DNA of 64,000 nt from a virus (taxonomy: Duplodnaviria > Heunggongvirae > Uroviricota > Caudoviricetes). The notes beneath the pieces are model-generated. The model did no database searches, was not told where the DNA came from, and saw nothing but the letters and a program-made list of their open reading frames with translations. The stretch lies in the IMG/VR virus record IMGVR_UViG_3300034355_001008. One strand, given 5' to 3'. How positions within the stretch are numbered: the stretch's first letter is position 1; each line of letters opens with the position of its first letter. The position numbers and the translations under genes are program-made. Positions 1 to 7,662 of this stretch are shown piece by piece.

Positions 1-288
1 ACATGTGTAACTATTTCTACTATTTGGAAATTAAGTAAAATACATTTTAGGCATTTTATAGAAGATATTCGAGCATTTAATGAAGTTCAAGAATATTCGT
101 GTAAAATTCATTATGCTGAGGATATTTCAAAAATTCCTTTAATTCCATCCAGAGAAGCCGAAGCAATTAAAAAGGTACGAGAAACTGCTGCATCTAAATA
201 TAATTCCGAGATTACCGAAAAGATATTCGCAATACCAGAAGATATACAAAATAAAATTAACGAACAAATTTTAAAAGAGACTACTTAA
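1..288 (+). CDS. 3' end of an upstream gene (partial, product unknown)
   Basis: Open frame from window start to TAA at 286-288 (…IFAIPEDIQNKINEQILKETT*); no recognisable motif. Confidence 0.4.
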   Translation, partial: TCVTISTIWKLSKIHFRHFIEDIRAFNEVQEYSCKIHYAEDISKIPLIPSREAEAIKKVRETAASKYNSEITEKIFAIPEDIQNKINEQILKETT

Positions 289-291
289 ATT

Positions 292-1086
292 ATGGAAATT
301 AAATTATCAAAAGAAAATCTAGAAGGCAAAAAACTATTTGTTGCTACACCAATGTATGGCGGTAGTTGTCTTGGTGCTTATATGAAGTCTTGTTTAGACT
401 TACAAATGGCCGCATTGCAATATGGATTGGAAATTAAATTCTCGTTCTTATTTAATGAAAGTTTAATTCAGCGAGCAAGAAATTATTTAGTTGATGAATT
501 TTTACGTTCTGATTGTACTCATATGATGTTTATTGATGCTGATATTGGATTTAGTGCAGTAGATGTTATTGCAATGCTGGTATTAGATAAAGATATTATT
601 GGAGCTCCTTATCCCAAGAAAACTATTAAATGGGAAAATATTAAAAAGGCAATTATTAAAAATCCTAATATTTCGACTGGAGAATTAGAGAGATTAGGTG
701 GAGATATTGTATTTAATCCTGTTGCTGGAACTAAACAGTTTAATGTTACTGAACCATTACAAGTTCTTGAGATTGGAACTGGTATGATGATGATTCGTAA
801 AGATGTTCTATCTAAATTTAAAGAAGAGTTTCCGCAATATGAATATACGCCAGATCATGTTGGTACGCAACATTTCAGCGGTGATAGAAAAATTCATTCA
901 TATTTTAATGTTGAGATTGACGAAGAATCAAATCGCGTATTGAGCGAAGATTATCATTTCTGTCAACAATGCAGAAAAATCGGAATTGAAGTTTGGATGG
1001 CGCCATGGGTTAATTGCGTCCATGTCGGAAGTTATCAGTTCCAAGGTAATTTACCAGCTGTAGCAAATTATCTCGGCGAATTGTAA
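292..1086 (+). CDS. putative glycosyltransferase (GT-A-like, DxD)
   Basis: 264-aa ORF with a FIDADIGF DxD-type motif after a hydrophobic strand. Family assignment is by eye only. Confidence 0.4.
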   Translation: MEIKLSKENLEGKKLFVATPMYGGSCLGAYMKSCLDLQMAALQYGLEIKFSFLFNESLIQRARNYLVDEFLRSDCTHMMFIDADIGFSAVDVIAMLVLDKDIIGAPYPKKTIKWENIKKAIIKNPNISTGELERLGGDIVFNPVAGTKQFNVTEPLQVLEIGTGMMMIRKDVLSKFKEEFPQYEYTPDHVGTQHFSGDRKIHSYFNVEIDEESNRVLSEDYHFCQQCRKIGIEVWMAPWVNCVHVGSYQFQGNLPAVANYLGEL

Positions 1087-1104
1087 AATAATTTAAAAAA
1101 GTGC

Positions 1105-1133
1105 TTGACTTTATAGAGGTGTTAATATATAAT
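1105..1133 (+). promoter_or_regulatory. sigma70-like early promoter (TTGACT-17-TATAAT) upstream of tRNA block 1
   Basis: ttgact at 1105-1110, 17-nt spacer, tataat at 1128-1133. Confidence 0.55.
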
Positions 1134-1185
1134 ACCTCTATAATAAAAAAGTTGTAAAATTTGACTAAATAGAATAAAGTATTTT

Positions 1186-1193
1186 TATAAATA
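1186..1193 (+). promoter_or_regulatory. T4 late-promoter-like TATAAATA box
   Basis: Exact TATAAATA 16 nt upstream of tRNA-Thr. Function uncertain because tRNAs are not typical late genes. Confidence 0.25.
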
Positions 1194-1208
1194 GATACTT
1201 TACAAATT

Positions 1209-1284
1209 GCCAATGTAGCTCAATAGGTAGAGCGCTTCACTTGTAATGAAGATGTTGCGGGTTCGATTCCTGTCTTTGGCTCCA
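1209..1284 (+). tRNA. tRNA-Thr (anticodon UGU)
   Basis: Hand-folded cloverleaf. Acceptor GCCAATG/CTTTGGC with one T-T mismatch, D arm GCTC-AATAGGTA-GAGC, anticodon stem CTTCA/TGAAG with loop CTTGTAA, T loop TTCGATT, encoded CCA. Confidence 0.75.
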
Positions 1285-1292
1285 AATTATTA

Positions 1293-1369
1293 CTCCCATT
1301 AGCTCAGTCTGGTAGAGCGATCCGTTTGGGGCGGATAGGTCGGCAGTTCGAATCTGTCATGGGAGACCA
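1293..1369 (+). tRNA. tRNA-Pro (anticodon UGG)
   Basis: Acceptor CTCCCAT/ATGGGAG, D arm GCTC-AGTCTGGTA-GAGC, anticodon stem ATCCG/CGGAT with loop TTTGGGG, T arm GGCAG-TTCGAAT-CTGTC, encoded CCA. Confidence 0.8.
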
Positions 1370-1376
1370 AATATTA

Positions 1377-1444
1377 TGCGAAGTATATCAGTGGTAGATA
1401 GCTAGGCTCATAACTTGCGGTTCTATTCCACCCTTTCGCGTCCA
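1377..1444 (+). ncRNA. degenerate tRNA-like element (D arm and CAU-type anticodon loop; stems do not fold canonically)
   Basis: Has TATC-AGTGGTA-GATA D arm and a CTCATAA loop, and ends ...TTTCGCG-T-CCA. I could not find a 5-bp anticodon stem or a canonical T stem, so it may be a pseudo-tRNA or an unusual tRNA. Confidence 0.3.
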
Positions 1445-1459
1445 ATTTTTAGGTGATAA

Positions 1460-2281
1460 ATGAAAAAAACTATTATTTCGCATTTTTATAATGAAGAATA
1501 TTTACTTCCGTGGTGGTTAAATCACCATAAAAAATATTTTGATCATGGCATTTTGATTAATTATGCTAGTACAGATAAAAGTGTTGAAATTATTAAACAC
1601 ATTTGCCCTACTTGGGAAATAGTTAACAGCAAAAACCGAGACTTTAGTGCTAGTGACGTAGATCGTGAAGTGATGGATATTGAGGCAACTATAACTGATT
1701 GGAAAGTTTGTTTAAATACCACTGAATTTTTAATTGGCGATTTTGCTAGTTTAAATTCGACAAAAGAAGAAGAATTATATATTCCATGTTTATATTTTGT
1801 TGATGAATTAGAGTTTAGGGGATCAAATACGTTGTCGTATGACGTTCCTTTATGGGATGTTCTTAAAGTTGGTTTAGATGTTCCTAATACTATAGAACAC
1901 AGAGGTTCTCGTTTAATGCATTCTAATTCTGTTAGATATAGCCAAGGCAGGCATTACCCGAGATTAATTAATACAGCAAGATTTATTATTTTTAATTATG
2001 GTTTTGCTCCTATGACCGATGAATTTATAGCTAGAAAGTTGCAGATTCAAACGCGAGTACCTCTTAGCGATAGGTTTTCTATGGCTGGCGGTCAACATAC
2101 TGATAATAATAGTCCAACTGGATTAACTAAAGAAAAATTATTAGTTACGTTTAACGAACATTTATCCGAAAACGCTGAGAGTTATGAGCAATTACGAGAT
2201 ACTTTTAAATATCATGGAAGAATATTATTAAAACAAGATTTGTCAAATATTATGAATAAGTATTTGTCTTTACTTTCTTGA
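1460..2281 (+). CDS. putative glycosyltransferase (GT-A fold, DUF23/GT92-like N-terminal pattern)
   Basis: N-terminus IISHFYNEEYLLPWWLNHH…FDHGILINYASTD resembles the KNEAPYLLEWIEYH…DN.S.D pattern of GT92/GT2-like enzymes. Confidence 0.4.
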   Translation: MKKTIISHFYNEEYLLPWWLNHHKKYFDHGILINYASTDKSVEIIKHICPTWEIVNSKNRDFSASDVDREVMDIEATITDWKVCLNTTEFLIGDFASLNSTKEEELYIPCLYFVDELEFRGSNTLSYDVPLWDVLKVGLDVPNTIEHRGSRLMHSNSVRYSQGRHYPRLINTARFIIFNYGFAPMTDEFIARKLQIQTRVPLSDRFSMAGGQHTDNNSPTGLTKEKLLVTFNEHLSENAESYEQLRDTFKYHGRILLKQDLSNIMNKYLSLLS

Positions 2282-2285
2282 CGTT

Positions 2286-2909
2286 TTGGGTTATATTATG
2301 ATTATTGGGTTACTTGGTTTTATTGGTTCTGGAAAAGGAACTGCTGGCGATATTTTAGTAGAAAATAATTTTACTGCTCTATCTTTTGCTGGCTCATTAA
2401 AAGATGCAGTATCTTCTATTTTTGGTTGGGATAGAGCTTTATTAGAAGGTGACACCGAAGAATCTAGAGTTTTTCGTGAAACTGTTGATACTTTTTGGTC
2501 GGTTAAATTTAATAAACCTATAACACCTAGATATATACTACAGTATTTTGGTACAGAAGTTTGTAGAGAAAATTTACTTGATGGAATTTGGGTTGATTCT
2601 CTTGAGCGAAAAATTCAACAGTATGATAATGTAGTTATTACTGATGTTAGATTTAAAAACGAGATTAGTTTCTTAAAATCTATTGGAGCTGTATTTATTC
2701 AAATTGATAGAAAAGAAACACGACCTAACTGGTACGGTTATCTTGATTCGTTAGATAAATCTGTATTTGATGCTTATGCAGCATCGCAAAATATACATAA
2801 ATCTGAATACGATTGGTATGGAAATCCTCATATTGACTATATAATTGACAATAATGGAACTCTACAAGAATTAGAGTTAAAAATATTAGATGTAATTGTA
2901 AATAATTAA
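2286..2909 (+). CDS. 1: deoxynucleoside monophosphate kinase (T4 gp1-like)
   Basis: P-loop GFIGSGKGTAGD and C-terminal VVITDVRFKNEISFLKSIGAVFIQIDR align with T4 gp1 (SGVKRSGKDT … IVPDTRQDHEMDAARAMGATVIHVVR). Confidence 0.65.
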   Translation: MGYIMIIGLLGFIGSGKGTAGDILVENNFTALSFAGSLKDAVSSIFGWDRALLEGDTEESRVFRETVDTFWSVKFNKPITPRYILQYFGTEVCRENLLDGIWVDSLERKIQQYDNVVITDVRFKNEISFLKSIGAVFIQIDRKETRPNWYGYLDSLDKSVFDAYAASQNIHKSEYDWYGNPHIDYIIDNNGTLQELELKILDVIVNN

Positions 2910-2917
2910 AAGATAAA

Positions 2918-2994
2918 TCCCAGATGGGCGCAAGGTGTGCCAGCTGACTGTTAATCAGTTTATCAGGTAAGTTCGATTCTTACTCTGGGAGCCA
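2918..2994 (+). tRNA. tRNA-Asn (anticodon GUU), long 7-nt variable loop
   Basis: Acceptor TCCCAGA/TCTGGGA, D stem GGCG/TGCC, anticodon stem GCTGA/TCAGT with loop CTGTTAA, T arm GTAAG-TTCGATT-CTTAC, encoded CCA. Confidence 0.6.
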
Positions 2995-3011
2995 AATAAG
3001 ACCCATTAGGT

Positions 3012-3085
3012 GTGACTATGACGGAATTGGTAGACGTCCTCGATTGTGATTCGAGATTTTGTGGGTTCAAGTCCCACTAGTCACC
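3012..3085 (+). tRNA. tRNA-His (anticodon GUG)
   Basis: Acceptor GTGACTA/TAGTCAC, anticodon stem CTCGA/TCGAG with loop TTGTGAT, T arm GTGGG-TTCAAGT-CCCAC. No encoded G-1 or CCA. Flanked by a perfect 9-bp inverted repeat. Confidence 0.7.
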
Positions 3086-3108
3086 CCTAATGGGTTTAAA
3101 AAATAATT

Positions 3109-3183
3109 GTCGCTATCGTCTATCGGTTAGGACACAAGATTTTCATTCTTGTAAGCGGGGTTCGATTCCCCGTAGCGACGCCA
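3109..3183 (+). tRNA. tRNA-Glu (anticodon UUC)
   Basis: Acceptor GTCGCTA/TAGCGAC, anticodon stem CAAGA/TCTTG with loop TTTTCAT, T arm GGGG-TTCGATT-CCCC, encoded CCA. Confidence 0.8.
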
Positions 3184-3188
3184 ATACT

Positions 3189-3265
3189 GGGTAGGTAGTT
3201 TAATTGGATAAAACATGTGCCTCCAAAACACAAAGATGAGAGTTCGAGTCTTTCCCTGCCCGCCA
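3189..3265 (+). tRNA. tRNA-Trp (anticodon CCA)
   Basis: Acceptor GGGTAGG/CCTGCCC with one G·U pair, D arm GTTT-AATTGGATA-AAAC, loop CTCCAAA with U33, 4-bp anticodon stem plus a C-A mismatch, T loop TTCGAGT, encoded CCA. Confidence 0.6.
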
Positions 3266-3287
3266 ATTAATTTAATAAGAGAAAGTT

Positions 3288-3470
3288 ATGAAAACTTTAT
3301 TTTTAGTTAGTTTATGTTTATTTGTAACAGGTTGCGCTAGTTCAGGCGATTTAGCTAAGTTACAAGATGATCATGCTGCTTTAACTGCAAAGGTCGAATC
3401 TTTAACAAATTCAAATAAACAGTGCGATAAAAAATTAGATAATTTCTTTAAAAAAGTTCAGAAAAAATAA
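3288..3470 (+). CDS. small secreted lipoprotein (60 aa)
   Basis: Signal peptide plus lipobox MKTLFLVSLCLFVTGC, then a short charged tail. Sits between the tRNA sub-blocks. Confidence 0.5.
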   Translation: MKTLFLVSLCLFVTGCASSGDLAKLQDDHAALTAKVESLTNSNKQCDKKLDNFFKKVQKK

Positions 3471-3473
3471 TTC

Positions 3474-3502
3474 TTGACTAATACACGTTTACGTTATATA
3501 AT
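3474..3502 (+). promoter_or_regulatory. sigma70-like early promoter (TTGACT-17-TATAAT) upstream of tRNA-Met/Gly
   Basis: ttgact at 3474-3479, 17-nt spacer, tataat at 3497-3502. Confidence 0.55.
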
Positions 3503-3515
3503 AGTAATGTAATTT

Positions 3516-3592
3516 GCCCCTTTAGCTCAAATGGTTAGAGCGTCCGACTCATAATCGGTTGGTTCTAGGTTCAAGTCCTAGGAGGGGCACCA
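3516..3592 (+). tRNA. tRNA-Met (CAU anticodon; elongator Met or lysidine-Ile)
   Basis: Acceptor GCCCCTT/GAGGGGC, D arm GCTC-AAATGGTTA-GAGC, anticodon stem TCCGA/TCGGT with loop CTCATAA, T arm CTAGG-TTCAAGT-CCTAG, encoded CCA. Confidence 0.8.
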
Positions 3593-3598
3593 AATATT

Positions 3599-3672
3599 GC
3601 GGGATTAGTTTAATGGTAGAACAGCAGATTTCCAATCTCCTAGTGAGGGTTCGATTCCCTTATCCCGCTCCA
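3599..3672 (+). tRNA. tRNA-Gly (anticodon UCC)
   Basis: Acceptor GCGGGAT/ATCCCGC, anticodon stem GCAGA/TCTCC with one C-C mismatch and loop TTTCCAA, T arm GAGGG-TTCGATT-CCCTT, encoded CCA. Confidence 0.65.
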
Positions 3673-3712
3673 AATTTTTAAAATGATTCTTAACGATGAG
3701 GTGATATAAAAT

Positions 3713-4396
3713 ATGAAAATTTCTCAAGAAACAACTGCAATTCTAAAAAACTTTGCTCATATTAATCAAGGTATTTTCTTTAGAAAAGGTTCTACAGTTT
3801 CAACTATGAGTCCAGGTAAAAATATCTTATCTGTTGCAACTATCTCAGATACAATCCCCCAAGATTTCGGTATTTACGATTTAAATAACTTTTTATCAGT
3901 TGCTTCTTTATTTAAAGAAGGTCCAGAATTAGAATTTGATGATAAACATGTTATTATTAAAGGTCGTGGCGGTCGTAGTAAGATTAAATATCGTGTTGCT
4001 GATCAATCAATGATTGTTGTTCCGCCAGAAAAACTTCCTAATGTTCCAGCTCCAGATGTTAAATTTACATTCTCTAAAGAAGATTTTGAGTGGGTATTAA
4101 AAACTGCAACTGTTCTTGGTGCACCTCATGTTGCCGTTGAATCGGATGGAACTACTGTATCTTTAGTTACTTTTGATGAAGCAAATGATTCAAGTCATGT
4201 TAATTCATTAGAAATGGCTGACGTTGATCCAGAAGGTAAAGTATTTAAATTAGTATTTAAAGCTGAAAATTTAAAAGTTATTCCAGATACGTATTCGGTT
4301 GAGATTTCTAGTAAAGGTATTTCAGCATGGACTTCTACTACAGCTGAATTAAAATATTGGATTACTATTGAAACGAGTTCAACATTTGGTAAATAA
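3713..4396 (+). CDS. 45: sliding clamp (DNA polymerase processivity factor gp45)
   Basis: 227 aa. MKISQETTAILKNFAHINQGIFF…ISDT…FGIYDLNNFLSV aligns with T4 gp45 (MKLSKDTTALLKNFATINSGIML…ISDV…VAIYDLNGFLGI). Confidence 0.9.
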   Translation: MKISQETTAILKNFAHINQGIFFRKGSTVSTMSPGKNILSVATISDTIPQDFGIYDLNNFLSVASLFKEGPELEFDDKHVIIKGRGGRSKIKYRVADQSMIVVPPEKLPNVPAPDVKFTFSKEDFEWVLKTATVLGAPHVAVESDGTTVSLVTFDEANDSSHVNSLEMADVDPEGKVFKLVFKAENLKVIPDTYSVEISSKGISAWTSTTAELKYWITIETSSTFGK

Positions 4397-4577
4397 AATA
4401 TGAGCGATTTTAATAATACAATGTTAGATAACTGGAATTCTTATATTCCAGCTACTTCAAGTTATAAAATGAAACAAATATTTTTATTTACTTTATTAGA
4501 TGCTTATATTAGTGAAGAAGTTGATAAAAAAGAATTAATACATGGCATTAAATCAATTTTGACAGAGGAATAATATT

Positions 4578-4862
4578 ATGACTGAAACTTTAGAAACTGT
4601 ATTTGGTACGCTTGATGATAAACAATTAAAAATTCTTACTGATGGATTAAAAGAAATTTCAGTTCATTTTTCTAGAGTTGAGCGCGAAAAAGAAGCAATT
4701 AAAGATATCGTTGATGCTGTTAAAGATCAAATTGAGTTACCAAAGAAAATTATTAATCGTTTAGCTAAAACGTATCATAAACAGAATTTTGCTGAACAGA
4801 ATACTGAAGATAAAGAATTTGCTAAACTTTATGTAAGTGTTGTATCAGGTCATACAGCTTAA
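4578..4862 (+). CDS. hypothetical protein between clamp and clamp-loader genes
   Basis: 94-aa ORF followed by a rho-independent terminator. No recognisable motif. Confidence 0.4.
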   Translation: MTETLETVFGTLDDKQLKILTDGLKEISVHFSRVEREKEAIKDIVDAVKDQIELPKKIINRLAKTYHKQNFAEQNTEDKEFAKLYVSVVSGHTA

Positions 4863-4875
4863 TTATTGATTTTTG

Positions 4876-4899
4876 GGTGGCTTCGGTCACCCTTTTTAT
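4876..4899 (+). terminator. rho-independent terminator (GGGTGGC-TTCG-GTCACCC + T5)
   Basis: 7-bp GC-rich stem with a TTCG tetraloop followed by TTTTT. Confidence 0.6.
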
Positions 4900-4922
4900 T
4901 ATTTTTATTGTGAGATTATATT

Positions 4923-5861
4923 ATGCGTGAACATGTACTTTGGGTTGAAAAATACAGACCAGAAAAAATTGCCGATTGTATTCTTCCTGAATCAATCAAA
5001 TCAACGTTTCAAGAATTTGTTACTCAAAACAAAATCCCTCATTTATTAATTGCAGGTTCAGCTGGCGTTGGTAAAACAACTATTGCAAAAGCCTTATGTA
5101 AAGAAACAGATTGCGACTATATTGTCATTAATGGTTCTGATGAAAATGGTATTGATGTTCTTCGTGGTAAAATTAAAAATTATGCTTCATCAGTTAGTTT
5201 ATCTGGCGGACGTAAAGTAATTATTATTGATGAAGCAGATTATTTAAATGCTAATTCACTACAACCAGCTTTGCGTAATGCAATTGAAGAGTTTTCTCGT
5301 AACTGTTCTTTTATATTTACTTGTAACTATAAAAATCGTATTATTGAACCGCTACATTCAAGATGTTCAGTTGTTGATGTAAAGATTACAAAAGATGATA
5401 AGCAGAAATTAATGGCTCAGTTTTTTAAACGAGTTTGTTGGATTTTAGATGAAGAAAAAGTTGAATATAACAAAGAAGTTGTAGCTCAGGTTATTGCTAA
5501 ATATTATCCAGATAATCGTAGAGTTTTAAATGAACTTCAGCGTTATGCAATGGGTGGTGTTATTGATGCTGGTTTATTATCACAAGTTTCTGATGTAAAT
5601 TTAACACCATTAATCAAAGGTTTAAAAGAAAAATCATTTGCTGATGTTAGAAAGTGGGTTGTTGATAACTTAGATAACGATAGTCAAACAATTTATCGCA
5701 AGATGTATGATTCAATGTATGATATTTTAAAGCCGAATTCAATTCCACAGTTAGTATTATTAATTGGTCGTTATCAATATCAAACAGCTTTTGTTATTGA
5801 TCATGAGATTAATTTAATGGCTTTCTTTACAGAATGTATGGTTGACTTAGAATTCAAATAG
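4923..5861 (+). CDS. 44: clamp loader large subunit gp44 (AAA+ ATPase)
   Basis: KYRP…CILP…IPHLLIAGSAGVGKTTIAKAL Walker A, IIDEADYL Walker B, SRC motif. Overall collinear with T4 gp44. Confidence 0.9.
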   Translation: MREHVLWVEKYRPEKIADCILPESIKSTFQEFVTQNKIPHLLIAGSAGVGKTTIAKALCKETDCDYIVINGSDENGIDVLRGKIKNYASSVSLSGGRKVIIIDEADYLNANSLQPALRNAIEEFSRNCSFIFTCNYKNRIIEPLHSRCSVVDVKITKDDKQKLMAQFFKRVCWILDEEKVEYNKEVVAQVIAKYYPDNRRVLNELQRYAMGGVIDAGLLSQVSDVNLTPLIKGLKEKSFADVRKWVVDNLDNDSQTIYRKMYDSMYDILKPNSIPQLVLLIGRYQYQTAFVIDHEINLMAFFTECMVDLEFK

Positions 5862-5868
5862 GTGATTT

Positions 5869-6252
5869 ATGGATTTGTTTAAAGAAGTTTTACCATCATT
5901 GCTTCAAACTAAAAAATCTATTATTACATCTGATAACGAAAAAGAATATGAACCTTATATTGTAAATCGCGCATTAAGCCAACATAATGATTGTTTGTTA
6001 TATGTAAATGAAATGAATCAGTATTCTGGCTTAGATAAAAAAATGCAATATGATTTTTATTTGTTTATTTTACATAGCAAAAAACGCCCATTTCAAAAAT
6101 GGTATAAAGCAAATGAATCAAAAGACATAGCATTAATTAAAGAGTATTTCGGTTATTCATCAGAAAAAGCCAAAGATGCGTTAAGAATTCTTACGTCTTT
6201 GCAGTTGGAAACTATAAGACAAATATTAGACAAAGGCGGGGTAATTAAATAA
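5869..6252 (+). CDS. 62: clamp loader small subunit gp62-like
   Basis: Called from position immediately downstream of gp44, as in T4. 127 aa with no strong motif. Confidence 0.5.
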   Translation: MDLFKEVLPSLLQTKKSIITSDNEKEYEPYIVNRALSQHNDCLLYVNEMNQYSGLDKKMQYDFYLFILHSKKRPFQKWYKANESKDIALIKEYFGYSSEKAKDALRILTSLQLETIRQILDKGGVIK

Positions 6253-6886
6253 TTTTATTACATTTCCATCCTTTGTGATGCTCTCTTAATTTATTGGAAA
6301 CTTTATACATATTTTGTTCTGAGAGATTATTTTCTTTACAAAATTGTTTTAACCCAGTTATAATAAATTTAGTACCTATTGGATTTATTACTTCGTATTG
6401 CTTTTCTTTTAGCTTTTTTTGTTGAAGTCTATATGTATTAGAATTATATTTTGATTTTAAATCTTCCCACTGTTCTTTTTTAATATTAGAACATTTTAAG
6501 TTTCTATCTTCATTATAAGGAGAATTATTTTTATTCCAATTATATTTTTGTTTTTGTGAAATTTTAATTTTTTGATTTTTTGTAAGAGTTCCGCTATCTA
6601 ACCCATTTTCCTGGATTAGATTAGCCCACTTATCTGATTCAACAATATTGTTTTCCGTAGAAAAATGTAACGCAATTTCTTTTATTGATGTATCATAATA
6701 TAAATCTGAAATCCATAAAGTTTTTACAAATTGTTTGCCGTGTTTTTTAATATGACTTTTCCATTTTATTCCTGATCCCAAATATGTGCGTGGATCTTTA
6801 GTTGTCTTACCGAAATATTTTAATCCGGTAATGGAATGTTGTTTAATATAAAGATATGTTGGTTTGATGGGTGAATATATATTCAT
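6245..6886 (-). CDS. GIY-YIG homing endonuclease (Seg-like) with C-terminal DNA-binding region
   Basis: TYLYIKQHSITGLKYFGKT gives GIY-(10 aa)-YIG spacing, with downstream R, H/K and E…N residues as in I-TevI. Opposite strand to its neighbours. 3' end overlaps gp62 by 8 nt. Paralogue of 62404-63204. Confidence 0.7.
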   Translation of the reverse strand: MNIYSPIKPTYLYIKQHSITGLKYFGKTTKDPRTYLGSGIKWKSHIKKHGKQFVKTLWISDLYYDTSIKEIALHFSTENNIVESDKWANLIQENGLDSGTLTKNQKIKISQKQKYNWNKNNSPYNEDRNLKCSNIKKEQWEDLKSKYNSNTYRLQQKKLKEKQYEVINPIGTKFIITGLKQFCKENNLSEQNMYKVSNKLREHHKGWKCNKII

Positions 6887-6950
6887 GCTGATTGTTCCTT
6901 AATAACAGTTAGTGTAAGTGGATGTTAGCGCATCGCGACTTACAAATATT

Positions 6951-6958
6951 TATAAATA
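6951..6958 (+). promoter_or_regulatory. T4 late-promoter-like TATAAATA box upstream of regA
   Basis: Exact TATAAATA 40 nt upstream of the regA ATG. Confidence 0.3.
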
Positions 6959-6997
6959 TATTATTATGATAATTTTGAATAAATAGGAAATATAAAA

Positions 6998-7399
6998 ATG
7001 AGTGACATTTTTAATGGATATGGCGTTGAGGTATTTATTGATGAGAATAATTTTTTAAAAATTAAAGAAACGTTATCTAGAATTGGCGTATTATCTAAAA
7101 AAGATAAAACTTTATATCAATCATGTCATATCTTACATAAACAAGGTAGATATGTAATTATCCATTTTAAAGAATTATTTGGTCTGGATAACAAATCTCA
7201 TGAAATTAGTGAAAATGATATTGCTAGAAGAAATACTATTGTAAACCTTTTAAGGGATTGGGAACTATTGGAAATTAGACATGAAGATGAATGTAAATCT
7301 CCATTAGTTCCAATTAGTCAAATTAAAATTTTATCGTATAAAGAAAAAGATGAATATAATTTGGTTAGTAAATATAACATCGGCAAAGTTAAAAAATAA
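6998..7399 (+). CDS. regA: RegA translational repressor of early genes
   Basis: FLKIKETLSRIGVLSKKDKTLYQSCHILHKQGRYVIIHFKE aligns with T4 RegA (FLKVKETLTRMGIANNKDKVLYQSCHILQKKGLYYIVHFKE). Confidence 0.85.
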   Translation: MSDIFNGYGVEVFIDENNFLKIKETLSRIGVLSKKDKTLYQSCHILHKQGRYVIIHFKELFGLDNKSHEISENDIARRNTIVNLLRDWELLEIRHEDECKSPLVPISQIKILSYKEKDEYNLVSKYNIGKVKK

Positions 7400-7662
7400 T
7401 GCCTGGAGTTACTAGAAAAGGTACGGATTCAGCTGGAGGTAAATTAGCTGCTGGATCCGGTGATGTATTTGTTAATGGAGCTGCAGCTGTTAGAAAAGGT
7501 GATGCAGTTACAGGTCATGGGGTCGCCCCTCATGATTCCCCAACTATGGCTGCTGGTTCTGGTTCAGTATTTGTTAATGGCATTGCAGTTTGTCGAGCTG
7601 GCGATGCCGCTACTTGTGGCCATTCAGCGTCAGGGTCGGGAGACGTTTTTGCTGGTGGCTAA
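7399..7662 (+). CDS. PAAR-repeat protein (tail-spike tip, gp5.4-like)
   Basis: 87 aa, Gly/Ala-rich with repeated VFVNGxAAVRxGDAxT(C)GH units typical of PAAR domains. Start overlaps the regA stop (TAATG). Locally GC-rich. Confidence 0.7.
   Translation: MPGVTRKGTDSAGGKLAAGSGDVFVNGAAAVRKGDAVTGHGVAPHDSPTMAAGSGSVFVNGIAVCRAGDAATCGHSASGSGDVFAGG

Noticed and set aside
1161-1189. Second sigma70 promoter (TTGACT at 1161) just upstream of tRNA-Thr
   Set aside because: The -10 candidate (TTTATA/TATAAA) and the spacing are suboptimal. The region is better described by the TATAAATA box, and I cannot distinguish these without transcript data.
1010-1213. 67-aa - strand ORF spanning the promoter/tRNA leader region
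   Set aside because: It overlaps a consensus promoter and the end of the upstream gene, has low complexity and no RBS. It is likely spurious.
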